A stretch of 64,000 nucleotides of DNA. Origin: Phyllobates terribilis (Eukaryota). Positions 63,365 to 64,000 of this stretch are shown here, piece by piece. Location of the stretch: positions 256,184,001 through 256,248,000 of the forward strand of contig NW_027362771.1 of the NCBI RefSeq assembly GCF_046119375.1, in the 5' to 3' direction. A program made the translations under genes and the position numbers. Numbering within the stretch: position 1 is the first letter of the stretch; the number at the start of each line of letters is the position of its first letter. The notes under the pieces are model-generated. The model had not been told where the DNA came from, made no database searches, and worked only from the letters and a program-made list of their open reading frames with translations.

Positions 63365-63976
63365 TATGGGTTCAGTTGCAGAGCTTGCAGAGAGGCTGCA
63401 CAGGCTGTCTCTGGAGGTGAATGACCTCCATGGTGAGGTACAGCAGCAGCATCAGCGGTTACAGGTCGCCAATATGGGGGTCTCTGCAGGTAGGCTGTCC
63501 AGCCTGAACCCAAGGTTGCCCTTCTGGACAAGTTTTCAGGAGGTAGGGACAAGTTTTTTATATTTAAGGAGGCATGCAAATTGTATTTTAAACGTCATCC
63601 CTACTCAACAGTAATAAGGAGCAAGGGGTTGGTATTGTGATCTTTCTATTACAGGGTGATCCTCAGTCATGGGCGTTTTCGGTACAGCAGGACTCGGTTT
63701 GTCTCCAATCTGTGGAGGTTTTTTTTCGGAGCTCTGGCCCTCATCTATGATGACCCTGACCGAGTCGCCTTGGGTGAGTCTAGGCTACGTCATCAGCAGG
63801 GGATTCGGTCACTGGAAACATACAGTTCGGAATTCCGTAGATGGGCAACAGGTTTCAAATGGAATGACTCAGCCCTGCGCCTTCAGCAGGGGATTCGGTC
63901 AGTGGAAACATACAGTTCGGAATTCCGTAGATGGGCAACGGATTCCAAATGGAATGACTCAGCTCTTAAAAGTTAA
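63365..63976 (+). pseudogene. Degenerate Ty3/Gypsy gag (PEG10/RTL1-like capsid region)
   Basis: MGSVAELAERL coiled-coil start; conserved gag blocks are spread across frames. Confidence 0.75.
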
Positions 63977-64000
63977 TTTTGAAGAGCTTACTGAAAGGTT

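Larger units (their letters stand above)
61075..64000 (+). mobile_element. Ty3/Gypsy (sushi/Tf-like) element: 5' LTR 61075-63243 (interrupted) plus degenerate gag running off the window
   Basis: TGTCAC...GTGACA LTR. Broken gag fragments resemble EPKVALLDKFSGGRDKFFIFKEACKLYF and RxQQG.RSVETY.SEFRRWA.DSKWNDSAL. Confidence 0.85.

Noticed and set aside
63075-63614. 179-aa ORF spanning the LTR end and gag start
   Set aside because: The N-terminal part is LTR/leader sequence, and the gag portion leaves the conserved frame after about 50 codons; treated as pseudogene.

Overview
Vertebrate genomic DNA, most likely an anuran (frog/toad); this is inferred from the repeat families and the SLC26 sequence. 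The + strand carries the 3' two-thirds of an SLC26A3-like anion exchanger gene: 14 coding exons from 12271 to 39820, numbered 8-21 by analogy to the human gene, with canonical AG/GT sites and one continuous frame. Much of the rest is transposon-derived. The most unusual object is at 1-5040: a young LTR retroelement with ~1.29 kb LTRs (~98-99% identical), a perfect 18-nt tRNA-Ser primer binding site and a PPT. It has no recognisable gag, protease, RT or integrase. Its single intact 635-codon ORF ends in a Y-box-like cold-shock domain. Other elements are a near full-length CR1 LINE with an SGNH-esterase ORF1, two L2 LINEs, four Tc1-type DD34E-like copies and one DD38E (Intruder-type) copy with an open ORF inserted in the TATA box of a Ty3/Gypsy 5' LTR. 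There are also decayed hAT transposases flanking a 132-bp satellite with higher-order structure, two solo LTRs, V-SINEs, Kolobok/Harbinger/piggyBac-type non-autonomous elements and a 31-bp minisatellite. No rRNA, true tRNA or CRISPR features were found.
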